Shown here: piece after piece, positions 1-11,642 of the stretch
Layout: each line of letters opens with the position of its first letter
Numbering within the stretch: position 1 is the stretch's first letter
Source of the DNA: Eutreptiella sp. 'Long Island Sound 2002'
Taxonomy: Eukaryota; Protista; Euglenida
Reading direction: 5' to 3'
DNA length: 64,000 bases
Assembly: GCA_964036045.1 (NCBI GenBank)
Contig: OZ038378.1
Coordinates: forward strand, 175,522,001-175,586,000
Notes under the pieces: generated by a model
The model's database searches: none
Told to the model about the DNA's origin: nothing
The model's input: the letters and a program-made list of their open reading frames with translations, nothing else
Made by a program: the position numbers and the translations under genes

Positions 1-15
1 CGCAGGTCTTTTGCA

Positions 16-1491
16 ATGCATGATCCCACACACAAAATGACAGAGCAAATTGCCATCTTCTTAGCCACAGGCAGAATAACGGAGGAATGGGCACTGACCA
101 TCTTAAACCCGAAACGGAAGGGAACAATTTCTGTCGACCACCTCAGACCCTTGTGCTTACAGAGCGTCCTATTCAAATGGGTCTCTATGACCCTATATCT
201 GATGCTCCAAGACCTTCTTCTGTGTGCCACCCCCCCGGAGTAGAAGGGGTTCATGAAAGGAAGGTACATATTCCAACACATGTGGGAGGCCCGAGCTGCG
301 TGGGAAGCGATGGAGTATGGCCTGTTCATATCCATCGACTTTGCAAAGGCATTTGATTCGGTTCACCACAATTACTTTATTGCTTTCTTCCAACATCTAG
401 GCCTCCCTCCCCCCATGATATCACTCATACCGTCCATGCTCACTTCACCCTTTGTGTTTGGAGTGGGAAGGGGCGTGGTGTGCACAGTGCAGGTAAAACC
501 AGGATCAGGGGTAAGACAAGGGGACCCACTCTCTCCGGCGGTTTTTGCCATGGTCTGCTCCGTGCTCATACCACAGCTCCAGGAGGTCTCCCCTGCAATA
601 CGAGCCTTGTTCTATGCGGATGACCTCATGATTTACATCCCTATCTCACCTTCCCTGATTATCCAGCTGCTTCCCAACATCATGCAAGTCCTCAAAACAT
701 ACACCAAGTTTGTAGGACTACACATCAATGAAGACAAGTCAGCCTTTTTACTGAAGGGATTTTGGTCGGACAACCAGCGAAAGAGGCTCACTGACAGAGG
801 AATACCTATTAAAGCCAAAGTCAAGTATCTAGGAAACCTTTTCGGACAGGTATCGGCGGAGGAAGCCTATGCCCCACACTTGGCCCGAGCGATCGTGCTA
901 GCACAGTTTGCGGCCATCCTGCCCCTCACTCTCCCGGAAAGGGCACAGGTTTTACAGGAATGGATCCTCCCTCTGCTGATCTACCCGGCCCGAGCGTACT
1001 TCCCAACTGAGGAAGTGCACAACAAATTGGCTCATATATACAGGATAGCCTTGCGTGTCAGCAGTTGGGGCCTGACGCTCCCCATCTGGCAGCAACCACC
1101 CAAATTGGGAGGCCCGTCGCTCCCCAAGCCTTCGGTATACCTTCTGTCGCAACATGCCACACACTTTGTCACATCCAGGGCGGAACCTGCAACCCTCTCC
1201 CCAATCTCAGCTAGACACTTTGAGGGCTGGGCGCGCAGATTCGGAGTGGCAGCGGAACTGGCTGATCTTCCCTGGTTTCAGCTGGGACCCATCCCCTGGA
1301 ACACCTACCCTTTCGTAGGGACCTCTGCAAAGGCATTCTCACTGCCGAGAAAACAGGCCCCGGTGATACCCCCAAATGCGGACCAGGTGGCCAGACGGAG
1401 CTGCTGGCATTCAGTGCTTTTTCGGGACACTAACAAAAACACTTACTTCTCGCCGAAACTCATTTGGGCAGGGATCACGAAAATACGATAG
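16..1491 (+). pseudogene. Non-LTR reverse transcriptase domain, interrupted by TAG at 241-243
   Basis: LRPLCLQSVLFKW; PPE*KGFMKGR (usually QxGF-GR); ISIDFAKAFDSVHH; GVRQGDPLSPAVF; YADDLMIY; NEDKS; KYLG. Confidence 0.95.
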
Positions 1492-2239
1492 CTAACGCCG
1501 CAAATGCAAACCACGCTAACCCCCACCTGGCTCCCCACGCACCAGGCACACCTGAGGCAGCAATGGCCACCGCCACGCCTATCCCCCCCCCCCCCCCAGG
1601 AAACGTTAGCCATCTTCTGGGGAGGATGGAACACGAAAAAGATGCTGCATTACCTGATGCAGCAGCAACCACCAGAGCCTAGGCAAACACCTGAGGTGTG
1701 GCAGACATGGAGCAAGCTATCACCGCCGGCCAAACATCACACATTCATGCAAATAGCATTGTGGAAAAAAAATACCAGTAGGGCTAAGGCTGGCCAACTG
1801 GCTCCCGCACAATGTACCCTGCCCCATCGACGGACAAGTAGAGGATGTTAAACATGCACTGTGCGACTGCTGTTTCCTCACCCCTGCATTCCACATCGCC
1901 CAACAATGCATGGGCCCCGCAGTGCTGGAAGATCTCACGGAAAGTGACCCGCAGGTTATCCTTTGGGATCAACCGGCCCTCTCCCTCCAAACCCCCCTGG
2001 GCCTGGTCCTCTGGACGGCTATGATGGCGAACTGGAACCCGCGGAACGCAGTAAAGTTCCGGGACACCCCCCCCCCCCCCACATGGAATATATATCTACT
2101 CCAATGGATGTGTATCTTGGTGCAATGGTATGATAACCCCTTCCCCACACTCCCAGGGGCAGAAGTCAAGGAACTCCATGCTGCCCTCGGAAGCATGAAG
2201 GATACTGGCATTCTGCAGCATCCACGATAGGACACATCG

Positions 2240-2780
2240 GTGCAGAGATCCCCCCCACGGCTACACCGGCCCAAACCCAAAAAGAGGAGGAAAGACACCC
2301 ACGGAGCAGAGATGGCAGCAGCAGCGCAAAGTGTAATTGATGAATACACACAGGGGGGATGGGAAGTGGTTTACACCGATGGATCGTCGGACACCCACCC
2401 TCAAGCAGGCATGGTGGGTGGGTATGGGGTCTATTTCGGGGACCACAGGGACCCGGCAGCCCCCCTCCAGTCAACGAAAGGCAAACCAACAACCGGGGGG
2501 AAATAAGGGCAGCACTACACGCCATCCGCCACCGCAACCCAGAAAAGAGAACCCTGATTTGCTCGGACTCGCAACTGGTTGTCATGGGGGCGACCGGCAA
2601 AGCCAGCAAATGGCAGCGCCACGACTGGCAAGGGTCCCGTGGACCGGTGGGCCACGTGGACCTATGGGAACAGCTATTGCAAGAAATCACACGAGCGGGA
2701 CCGGCTGTGCGCTGGCTCCATGTCCCCTCACATGTTGGAATTCACGGCAACACCAAGGCGGATACACTGGCGGACATGGG
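2240..2780 (+). pseudogene. RNase H1-like domain of the retroelement (frameshift near 2460)
   Basis: VYTDGS..GGYGVYFG in frame 2240, then QTNNRGEIRAALHAI, ICSDSQLVV, W..HDW, VDLWEQL and WLHVPSHVGIHGNTKADTLA in frame 2359. All four acidic catalytic positions are visible. Confidence 0.92.
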
Positions 2781-3389
2781 ACGCCGACGATCCCCTCCTT
2801 TACAAGGATTGGTAACAGCGGCACGTTGCTCGGAACCGCCCGACGACGACGAGCTGGAAGATGTCTCCGACCTGGAGGAACCCCCCCTGTGGTCCCCGGA
2901 AGAGACAGGGGAGATAAAAGGCCGCAACCCCCCTCCCCCCCACAGACAGGCAGCGGCAACGCCCCAGAGGGGCAGGGACAACCCCCACCCCCCCCAAGGA
3001 AGTCAGCAATCTCCACCCCCAGCGCCAGAACAGAACACACGCCACCCCCCTCATAGATGTAGAGGACTGCACGCCAGCATCCAAAAGGCCGCGCTGGTCA
3101 GCCAGTGGGGGAACCCCCACCACACGATGGCGCTCCAGGGCACAGTCACGCTCCCCACAGGAGCAAGGGCCACTGTGCGGTATCAGGCAAATGCTGTTCA
3201 GCGAGTGTTTCTCCCCAGCATCATCACGCGGCACAGAGGTCAGCGATGATGATGAGTGGCTGGCTCCCTCCCTGCCAAACACAGAGTCCACGATCATATG
3301 CAGCACGAAGGGCTCACGCTGCTGCACCCCAGTAGCAGACCTCATGCTCGTCAGCACACCCTGAGCATTGCGCTATCACACCAATGTTT

Positions 3390-3390
<1 letters not shown>

Positions 3391-3438
<48 letters not shown>
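3391..3438. repeat. (CA)24 microsatellite at the apparent 3' end of the LINE
   Basis: Read directly from the sequence. Confidence 0.98.
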
Positions 3439-3440
<2 letters not shown>

Positions 3441-4480
3441 CTAGCGAGGCGTACCACGGCCGAGAGTACGACCCCCCCCCTCCCCAGGGAACAACCCCCG
3501 TCAAGTGGAAGAGCAGGAAAAATGGTCGGAGACATAGACGGCCCAATAGCGAGAGCGGTAGTCTTCAGTCGTCCAGTGCGGGGGTTCGATACCCGGGGGC
3601 TGCGGCTCTTGGGTCCCTTGCACATAGAGCTCTCTCGTGGGCAACGTTGGAACCACCCACCCTTACAGCAGCCCGCGCCACCGCCAGTACCGGCGGATCG
3701 GGTGGAGGTCTCGTCTATTTTGCTCATGGGAGCACCCCCGCCCCAATACCAAAACAAAAATAAAATGCAACGTGGCACCACACACCTGCAGCAGCACGCG
3801 CCGCCACCGGTACTCGAAGGGATCGATGGAAGGCCCCACCCATCGATCGGCGGCACCGGGGCTCGAACCGGCTCCTTCAGGGCTGGCGCCGAGTGCGCCA
3901 CCGCTCGGGCAGCGGCCGCCTCAGACAGAATATGCCCCACCCTAGAGAACGGCTATTGGTACCCCCTCTCTCTCCTACAACATGCGCCATACACACCCGA
4001 ACACACACATGTATGTGCCAGTATTCCGACCCCATGTGAGTGGCTGTGTGTTTGTTAACTCCGAAACACCTGTACCCGCTGGGGTTTTTCAATCCTCAGG
4101 ACCAGATACAAAGCCGGGATTGGTGGCAGCAATCCACTTGGTTGACCTCTGACCGACCCCAAACCCTCCATGACCCGGTGAAAGTAGCAAGTGAGGTATG
4201 TGGCCGAATGGGGCCAGCGACAGCGAGCGCACCGATCGGGTGGCGGCAGCCAACACGGAACACACATATAGAGCCACGGCCCAAACCCAGACCAGGAAGC
4301 AGGCGATAAAGCCCTGAACCCGCAGCCAGCTGGCCACCACTGACCCTAACCAGGGAGGCAAGGGACCAGCACAATGGAGCGAACATGGCAGCACCCCGGC
4401 ATATACACTGGAACTGGAGAGGCGATGAAGGCCGTGGGGCAGGCGCGGCTGGAGCTAAGTGGCGTGTCCACACCTGACCA
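3439..4480 (+). mobile_element. Probable fragment of another interspersed repeat or retroelement
   Basis: GC-rich partly open frames (e.g. GDIDGPIARAVVFSRPVRGFDTRGLRLLGP). Its last 59 bp recur at 56771-56829. No diagnostic domain recognised. Confidence 0.35.
4421..4479 (+). repeat. Dispersed repeat, copy 1 (copy 2 at 56771-56829)
   Basis: ggcgatgaaggccgtggggcaggcgcggctggagctaagtggcgtgtccacacctgacc matches copy 2 at 53 of 59 positions by manual alignment. Confidence 0.9.
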
Positions 4481-7400
4481 TTTGTGGCACACACAGACAC
4501 CACCCAAGGGCCCTCTGGTCCCCACTATAGTTTAGAGGGGTGTGGGGTACAGACCAACTCAGACCTGATCCCTGTGCCCCTCACTCTTTGCTTGGGTGAG
4601 TGTATGTTTGTGAAAGCCTTTCTGCTGACTCTAGGGGCAAGACCCGTGACCTGCTATGTTGCACTTGTGGAGAGGGCAATGGCCTCTGTGAGTCCCTTGG
4701 GACCCCCTGCACTTTCGGGTGCTCCCCTTTCGTCATTGGGTACACGGGTCCCGACTACGAGACGCGGAAATGCAAGCGCATCCCGGGCACCTTCCTTCCA
4801 GACTGGCCCCGTGCCTCCACAGGAGAGAATTATGCCCATGTTTTTGATTCTCAATGCCCAGAGGTATGTGGTGAGTTGTCCTCTGTCTTGATTGCCACCT
4901 CCCACAAGACCTCTTCTCTGACTCCCAAGTTCCCGGTACCCCGCTTCACCGCTGCTCCCTTTCTTCTCATACCTGCAAGCTGGGTCCCCTTCCATCACCA
5001 CAGAAGATGCGACACAGAAATCACCTCAAGAGTGGGGGGTGATCAGAACTTGGTTGCCCTTTTTTGGCCACTGTGCATCGATCCAGACCCAGGTCCTACT
5101 GAAGTTTCTTCTTCTGTATAGACCCCCTAACCAGTGGTTGGGGTCCCAGGTCCTGTCTCCGGGTACCTGGGATCGACCCCCCTACGGGCCCCACCAGTGA
5201 GGACTTGGCCGTTCTCAAGAGGCGATGTGTTGAAAAAATTGACCTTTTGTGGCGACACCTCAAGACTTCCGCGGACCCTTGGGCCAGGCTTGCGTTGTCA
5301 TTTGGTCACAATGGGAGTACATGAAAACCCATGGGCTGCCATGTCGCTCCAATGACGCCCCCCATGTGGTGCACTGGCCCTTGAAAGGGCTGTGTTAGGC
5401 TGCATTGCACCGTGATGGGCAAAGGAACATGGTGGGTTGGGCCTAAGTGTTGCATTTGCACCAAGGGGGGCGGCCTGTTCGAATTCCAGACCCCCTCAAA
5501 GTTTTCGAACCCGTCTTTCTCCAATTTGAGATTTTGGGGGAAAGGTTTGGCGCGAAAGGCGCCGAAATTTTTTTTTTTTGCCCTTCCTGAGGGGGGGGTT
5601 TTTGTTTTACCCTATGTGTCTATACTCAAAATACTCAGAATTTTGTGGAGAATTCAAAAATGTTTGAAAAACACAGAAAAATTTTTGACCCCTGACCTGA
5701 CCTCCGGGTCCTCTCCCCCCTCCAGACCCCCAAGAGTTTTCGCACCCGGTTGGGGTCTAGAATTTGAACAGGCCGTCCCCCTTGATTTGCACCAACACCC
5801 TTGCCCAACACGGCCTGCAAAGAAGATGTTTCTCAGGAGTGGTGCAGACTACCTTGCTTTAGAAGGAGACAAAAGGCGACGCTTGCTGAAGTAAAGTATG
5901 TTCACCTTCATGGGACAAAACTGGGAGTGAAGTACAATTCCCTCCTCCGTCCCTCCCTCCCTCACTCACTCCGTCATCACCTGGCAGCCTCCATCTCCCC
6001 TGCTGATTCCTGATTTGAGGCACGGTGGTATGTAAGTGCGGGATAGGGCCCCCAAGAGTCAGTGGAGTGTGTGGTTCAAATACCAAAATAGTATCTTGAT
6101 GTGCGATGTTTGTTGGAGACGGTAGAGATGGGCAGAAGCGGAACATCATCTTGTTTCATTTCCGCACAATGGCTCACATGACCCGTTGATGCTTTCCAAG
6201 TCTGTCTGCACTAGTCCTGTCAACAATGGCACATTTCATTAATTATTTCAGCAGCTACATCCCTTTGTACCTTTGTCCCACTTAGCAGCCGCTGCAAACA
6301 CCATTATTTGTTGCAACAGAAAGAAATGACAATGGATGAATCATGAAATGATGAGAGCACATCATGTCTTGTTTGCGCGTGCTGTGAATGCACTGTGTGT
6401 GTGGCGTTCGAACATTCAGCTTGTTCAAACTCCCCAACCAGAATGTGCAGTGATGCACTGCAGGCCGCTTTCAGTGCATTTTGTGCATTAAATCCCCTCT
6501 TTTTTCAACAATGTGGGGTGTTTTGGGGCCAATGTTGTGCATCTTCATTGAGGTGGTCTAGGTGCACTGATGAGTGATGGCAGTGATGGACGGCTTATCT
6601 GTCAGGGCGGACCCCAGATTCCCTCCTCCCCTGCCTCTGGAACCCCCAACACACACCAGTTGGCGGCAATGGGGAACGGCCAACTTTGGGGCCAATGGCG
6701 CCCAGGAAATTTTTTTTTGGCCTTTGGTGAAAGAGTCGGAAAACTGGTTTCATCCGATGTGTGTATACCCAAAATGCTCAAAGTTGAATGGTGATTTCAA
6801 ATATTTCATTTGTCCTTTCTTGGGGACCCCCTTGGATTGGGGTGACGTGGCCACCCACACGCAATTACTTGCAAACAATGGGATGGGAACAGTGGATCAA
6901 GCTGAAGTTGTTGATGTTGCCATGCGTCTTACACTGCTTGCCGGATGCCTTTGCTGATTCAGTTGTGTGTCTGCTGGAATGCTGTATTATTTTTCATTTG
7001 TGGTGAACGGTAAAAGGAGTCAATATTCAAAATGCTCAGAATGAAATAGGGAATTCAAAAGTGCCCCTAAACCTGAAAAAATTGACCCCTCCCCAACCTG
7101 GGCCATGGTGCTTAGGGTCCGGAACTGAATTGACCCCCCCCCCCCCCAGTGGACGGCAGGTGCTACAATGCACTGGTATGATGGCACTATGCTGTGTGGA
7201 CACCATAAATGAGACTGTTGACCGAGGCAAGAGCCAGAGACACCATCACTCTCCGGATGGTGTATGAAGAAGTCCCACGGAAGGAAGGAAGTCTACCAGT
7301 GCTGCCTCAACCAGCTGGTCAAGCTCAAGTCAAGGTTGCCAAGTATTCCTGAGGACCCAGGTTTACTTGCATTCTGCTGGCTGGATCACCTCATGGAAAG

Positions 7401-7512
7401 GGTGTTTAGGGAGCTGTGGGCAAAAGTGGTGCACCAGTGCTGCTCCAACACTTTTGTTTTCCACTTTCTGGCCCGTATATGTCTGTGTGTGTCTGTGTGT
7501 GCGCACGGTCGC

Positions 7513-7528
7513 ATGGATGGATGGATGG

Positions 7529-7579
<51 letters not shown>

Positions 7580-7584
7580 CGCGC
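7513..7584. repeat. Compound microsatellite (ATGG)4-(GT)20-(GC)7
   Basis: Read directly from the sequence. Confidence 0.97.
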
Positions 7585-10500
7585 GTCCGTGTTAGTATAA
7601 TACGGGCTCTCAGCTTCTTGAGTTTTGTGCTCAACAATGAGGGTCAAGTTTTATGGAGATCTGACGGTGTTGGCAAAGCGCAGTTTTGTGGTCAACATCG
7701 CAGTCAGACGGATGCATGGGTCTGGCACGCCAACGTTTACTACACCCCGTGCCATCCTACCCAATCCCGTTCGAATTTGCTGCTTGTTAGTGCTCATACA
7801 ACCCTGTGTCCCTGTGTGTTTTCAGGCTTACAGTTGGCAATTCAACGATGACCAGAGCACATACCAGTGTAAGAATGCCGATTACCGTGTGGTCTTCTAC
7901 CATCAGCAGCGGCACCAACTGAAAAAGTCCCCTGAGGCGTCCGAGAAGTGACACATTGTCACCACAGTCCTGATGGCACCCTCGACCCCTCTTTTGACGG
8001 TTTTTGATCTACTGACTTGCCAGCGCTTGTGCACCACTCGGCCCCCTCCCGACACCACCGGGCCCCATCTCAGGACCACACCTGGGGTCTGTTGCATTGC
8101 GCCCCTTAAGGTTGTGCGGCAGGAACAGGTCCAAGGCATACAGGAAGCTATTGCTTACCACGAGAGACACTAGTTCGCGCCAGCGCTTAGTGAGGAATCC
8201 TGAGACGCTCAGTCAGGGGCGGGTGCCCTGCTGAGCCGGAGTGGGTGAGGCATTTGCCCGGCGAAAGGACGGGCTTTTGCCGAGGCCTGTCGAAGACGCT
8301 CCCCGACAGGTGCCATGGCTGCCAGCTGGCGGTGTTTCCAAAAGCGATTGGAGACTGCTGGAAGGTAAGCACAATACTTTTGGTTTGTACCAGTTTGTCC
8401 GTGCCCCATATCTCTGAGACACGGCCAACAGCGTCATAACTCTAACCGGAGCATGAAAGAGAACTACGAGCCTAATGCCCAGTCGGCCCGAAGGCATTCG
8501 ATTTGTTGTAACCGAGTTCTACTCCCGATTGCTAACAGGTAGCTCAACCTATCGCTTATGGAAGGTCAGATACGGAGGTGAGGAAGCAACGAAGCGGGTT
8601 GAGGTCGCCAGTCGACCATTGGTATGCTGACAGCCACATGCCCATTGAATGTGCACATTCAGCGATGCAGCCGATATCTGAACAGGTGGCCACACTCTGG
8701 ACTCCTGGACTCTACAAGACTCCGTCGGCGATCTGCGCAACATCAGCGCACAGTTTGACGTGTATTGGGGTGCTTATCCTGCGGTGCGCCCGCAGCACGC
8801 CTGCGGCACGCAGTAAGCGCTCCCATTGTAAGTTCGGCAGCAGCATGTAAAGTCTATTTAGTTCAACAGTGAGGATGACGAAATGCGCTGTTCAAAGAAC
8901 GAGGACCTCAGAGGGATCCTTGGTGACTCCAAAGATCAAGGCCCCCCCCCCCTTTCCCTTTACAAACCACTGCCATCGCCTGCAAAGTGGACAGCCACTT
9001 ATGGGGACCAAAGTGCCACCGCAGTGAGCCATAGCCCGTGAGAGAAGGGGTCCGTGGTTGATGACATTATGGTTGACTGTACCTCTGCAGCGTTGAAGTG
9101 CCCCCTTCTGAGCTTCACTGCTTTGCATTGTGCTCCGCCCCTCATTTCGTTGAATAAGAGGGGAGGGGGTCTCAACACGAACGTCTGCCGTACAAACAAG
9201 AAGAAATGCCTACAACGCCCCCGGACCAACAGTTTCATGGCTGCTTTTACACAACTATGAGCACACCCTGCGCCCCCCTCTCTGTGCACAACTGTAGGAC
9301 GTGACGTCTCTTCACACGGGGGACAGGGGAGGTTTTGTGCCCCCCCCCCCCCCACACACAGTACTGCACGACACTGTGTGTCCCAGTCCCAATGTATTTA
9401 TACTCCCGCACAGTGTACACGCGGTGCAATGCAGTGCAGCATATCCTAGCACAACCCGGCATCTTGCCCTAAATCCTTGCTGGCTCCATTGCATCACAGC
9501 ACCTTGTGTCCCGTGCTTCCTGTGCGTGGGCCCTGTCAGGGGATGCACCCGTCATGGGGGTGTGGAGAAATGCATGCAGGTGCGTATGCCAGCACAAAAT
9601 ACTAGGGGGAAAGCCATATCAACAGTGGCTGCTTGGAGACTGCCCTCGTGAAAAATTTGCCAAGGGATTTGTGGCAAAGTCCCAGGGGACGTGTGGAGGA
9701 GGAAGCCGTAGAGTGTGGGGTTTCGTTTTTAAAGACGGCCAGCCGAATGCTGCCCTCGGGTTTCCGACGTGTATCGCCAGTTAGTGAAGTATAGTGGGTG
9801 TCTACAAGCAAGTTCACGGTTACAGATGCACCACTGCTTAGGCCGAGACCACATTGATTAGGGGCTGGGGCTTGGAGCCTGGATGCTTAACATTATCGAT
9901 TGTGGTGTGGGTTTCCGATACCCACAAAATGGGGTGTGGTGTGTTCTGCAAAAGGTCCACCCTTGGTGTAACAGAGGCCAGAGTTTTTTGTCCGTTTCGG
10001 ATTGCTGCATTATATATTTTGCTGCATGGATGCAGATCGTTACATCCCACCAACCGCAGTGTGTTTCTGCAATTTGGATGGCACTGTGCCGCAACAGCTT
10101 ATATTATCATGTACTGGTGCATTGGAGGCTGTCCCATTAGCTGCTGCAAAATGTGGCGTCTGGTTGTTGGGACAGCTGTTTTTATGTTAGATACACCAAG
10201 ATTTGCACGATCTGATGCTTCATGTCATTGCGAGAGGTCACTGGACCGGCTATCAAGCGATCCCAAACTATGTAGTATGTCTTAATTGGTATAACCATGA
10301 CCCGCTCAAGATATGCCTCTGAATGGCGGCGCAGTGTACAATTGTGGTCCGTCTTCTTTGGATGGTGGTTTTGGGTCTTCAGTGCTTCTGCTGTAACACT
10401 GGTAATAGTCAGAAAGAGTCCCATTCACCGTGTGTGCACAGGGGAATCAACACCTTCCAGGGTTCACCAAGTACAGTGGACAGCCTCTATAGCGAAAATA

Positions 10501-10665
10501 TTGAATCCCAAAACCAATTTTTTTGACTGACTGTTGATGATGATGAAATATCACATGTCAAGCATGTTTTACACTCTCCTTATTGCATTTTTCACCCAAT
10601 GTGGCCATGGGGTGTTTGAGGGGGAGGGGGTATGGGGCTGTTGCACGTGCTATTCAAGCTCTTAC

Positions 10666-10736
10666 CTTGGAACACTTTCTAGGGAGGGGCCTAAGACCAA
10701 GAGGCTACTTGGAACACTTTCTAGGGAAGGGCCTAA
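10666..10736. repeat. Short tandem duplication, 42-bp period
   Basis: cttggaacactttctaggga(g/a)gggcctaa at 10666 and 10708. Confidence 0.9.
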
Positions 10737-11544
10737 AAACGGGAAGGGGGGGGGTATCAACCATCAGAATCACCATGTCACTCGACATGGGGCCTCTTGT
10801 CCATACTCTTCGGCTAAGGGCGCTTTTTGGGTCAAGGTGCTTGTGACCGTGGGGGTGCGGGTGCATCAGACATGGACTCCAATGGCACATAGCCACTGGT
10901 GCTAGACGCAGCACTAGTGGTAGCCGATGCACCACTGCTTGAGGAGGCACTCGCGCTGGAACTTGCAGTGCTGCTATTGCTGCTACTGCTGCCAATACTT
11001 GGCAAAGAGAGCACAGCAGGGATAACAACAGGCAAGGGTGGCGGTGCAATAGCCTTCGCCTTCAGTGCAGTCGGGGCATGGAAATTGTCGTAGGCTTGCG
11101 CCACTGGCTTGCAACACAGCATATGGAGTGCCGGTTCCCAGAAGTGGTGAACCGCCCCATGTGCAACTTACACAACCCTATGGCTTTACTGCGGACGAAG
11201 AATACAAGGCTTAAGGCAACGGCAACAACTTAGTATGCAACACACGACAAAGAGAACAGCACCGGCAAAGGAGGGCACCAGAAAAGCCATCACTCGCACC
11301 AACATAGCATTGGGTTCTTGGTTTTCACTCACGCCTTGAAGAGACCCCGGCCATTCCCATAGAAGGGGGAGGGGGCCGGGGGCCCCTGTATGTTCAACGT
11401 ATTTGTGCCCCAAAAGAGGATGTTTGTCCTCCACGGGATCTTCCGAAAGAGCGACAAATGACATTTGTTTAGCGCCTGGTCTTGCGCGATCTGGTGCCAA
11501 ACATTGATGGTTTGATGGAATTGGGCAGAAAGAAAGAGCACACC

Positions 11545-11642
11545 ATGTGACCACTGGCGCTCGAAGAGCTCAAGAGTGGGCAACAGAGAAAAAAAGAACG
11601 AACTATGTAACCACCGGCACTCGAAGAGAGCAAGAGTGGGCA
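11545..11642. repeat. Short tandem duplication, 60-bp period
   Basis: atgt(g/a)accac(t/c)ggc(g/a)ctcgaagag..caagagtgggca at 11545 and 11605. Confidence 0.88.

Larger units (their letters stand above)
1..3380 (+). mobile_element. Degenerate non-LTR (L1/Tx1-like) retrotransposon, 5'-truncated by the window edge: RT - zf-RVT/CCHC - RNase H - Pro-rich tail
   Basis: RT motifs are present in frame 16-1491. After an A-run frameshift near 1765 the sequence reads LWKKIPVGLRLANWLPHNVPCPIDGQVEDVKHALCDC (zf-RVT-like CCHC). RNase H motifs follow at 2360-2780. In-frame TAG stops at 241, 1489 and 2228 plus frameshifts. The 3' boundary is approximate, placed just before the (CA)n tract. Confidence 0.9.

Noticed and set aside
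241-2230. TAG reassigned to Gln in this organism
   Set aside because: The long intact genes contain no internal TAG, and YbeY and the 509-aa gene appear to end in TAG. Mutational decay is the simpler explanation.
9838-10053. AP-endonuclease-like 'LWVSETH' on the minus strand
   Set aside because: A single short motif with no other APE motifs or adjacent RT.
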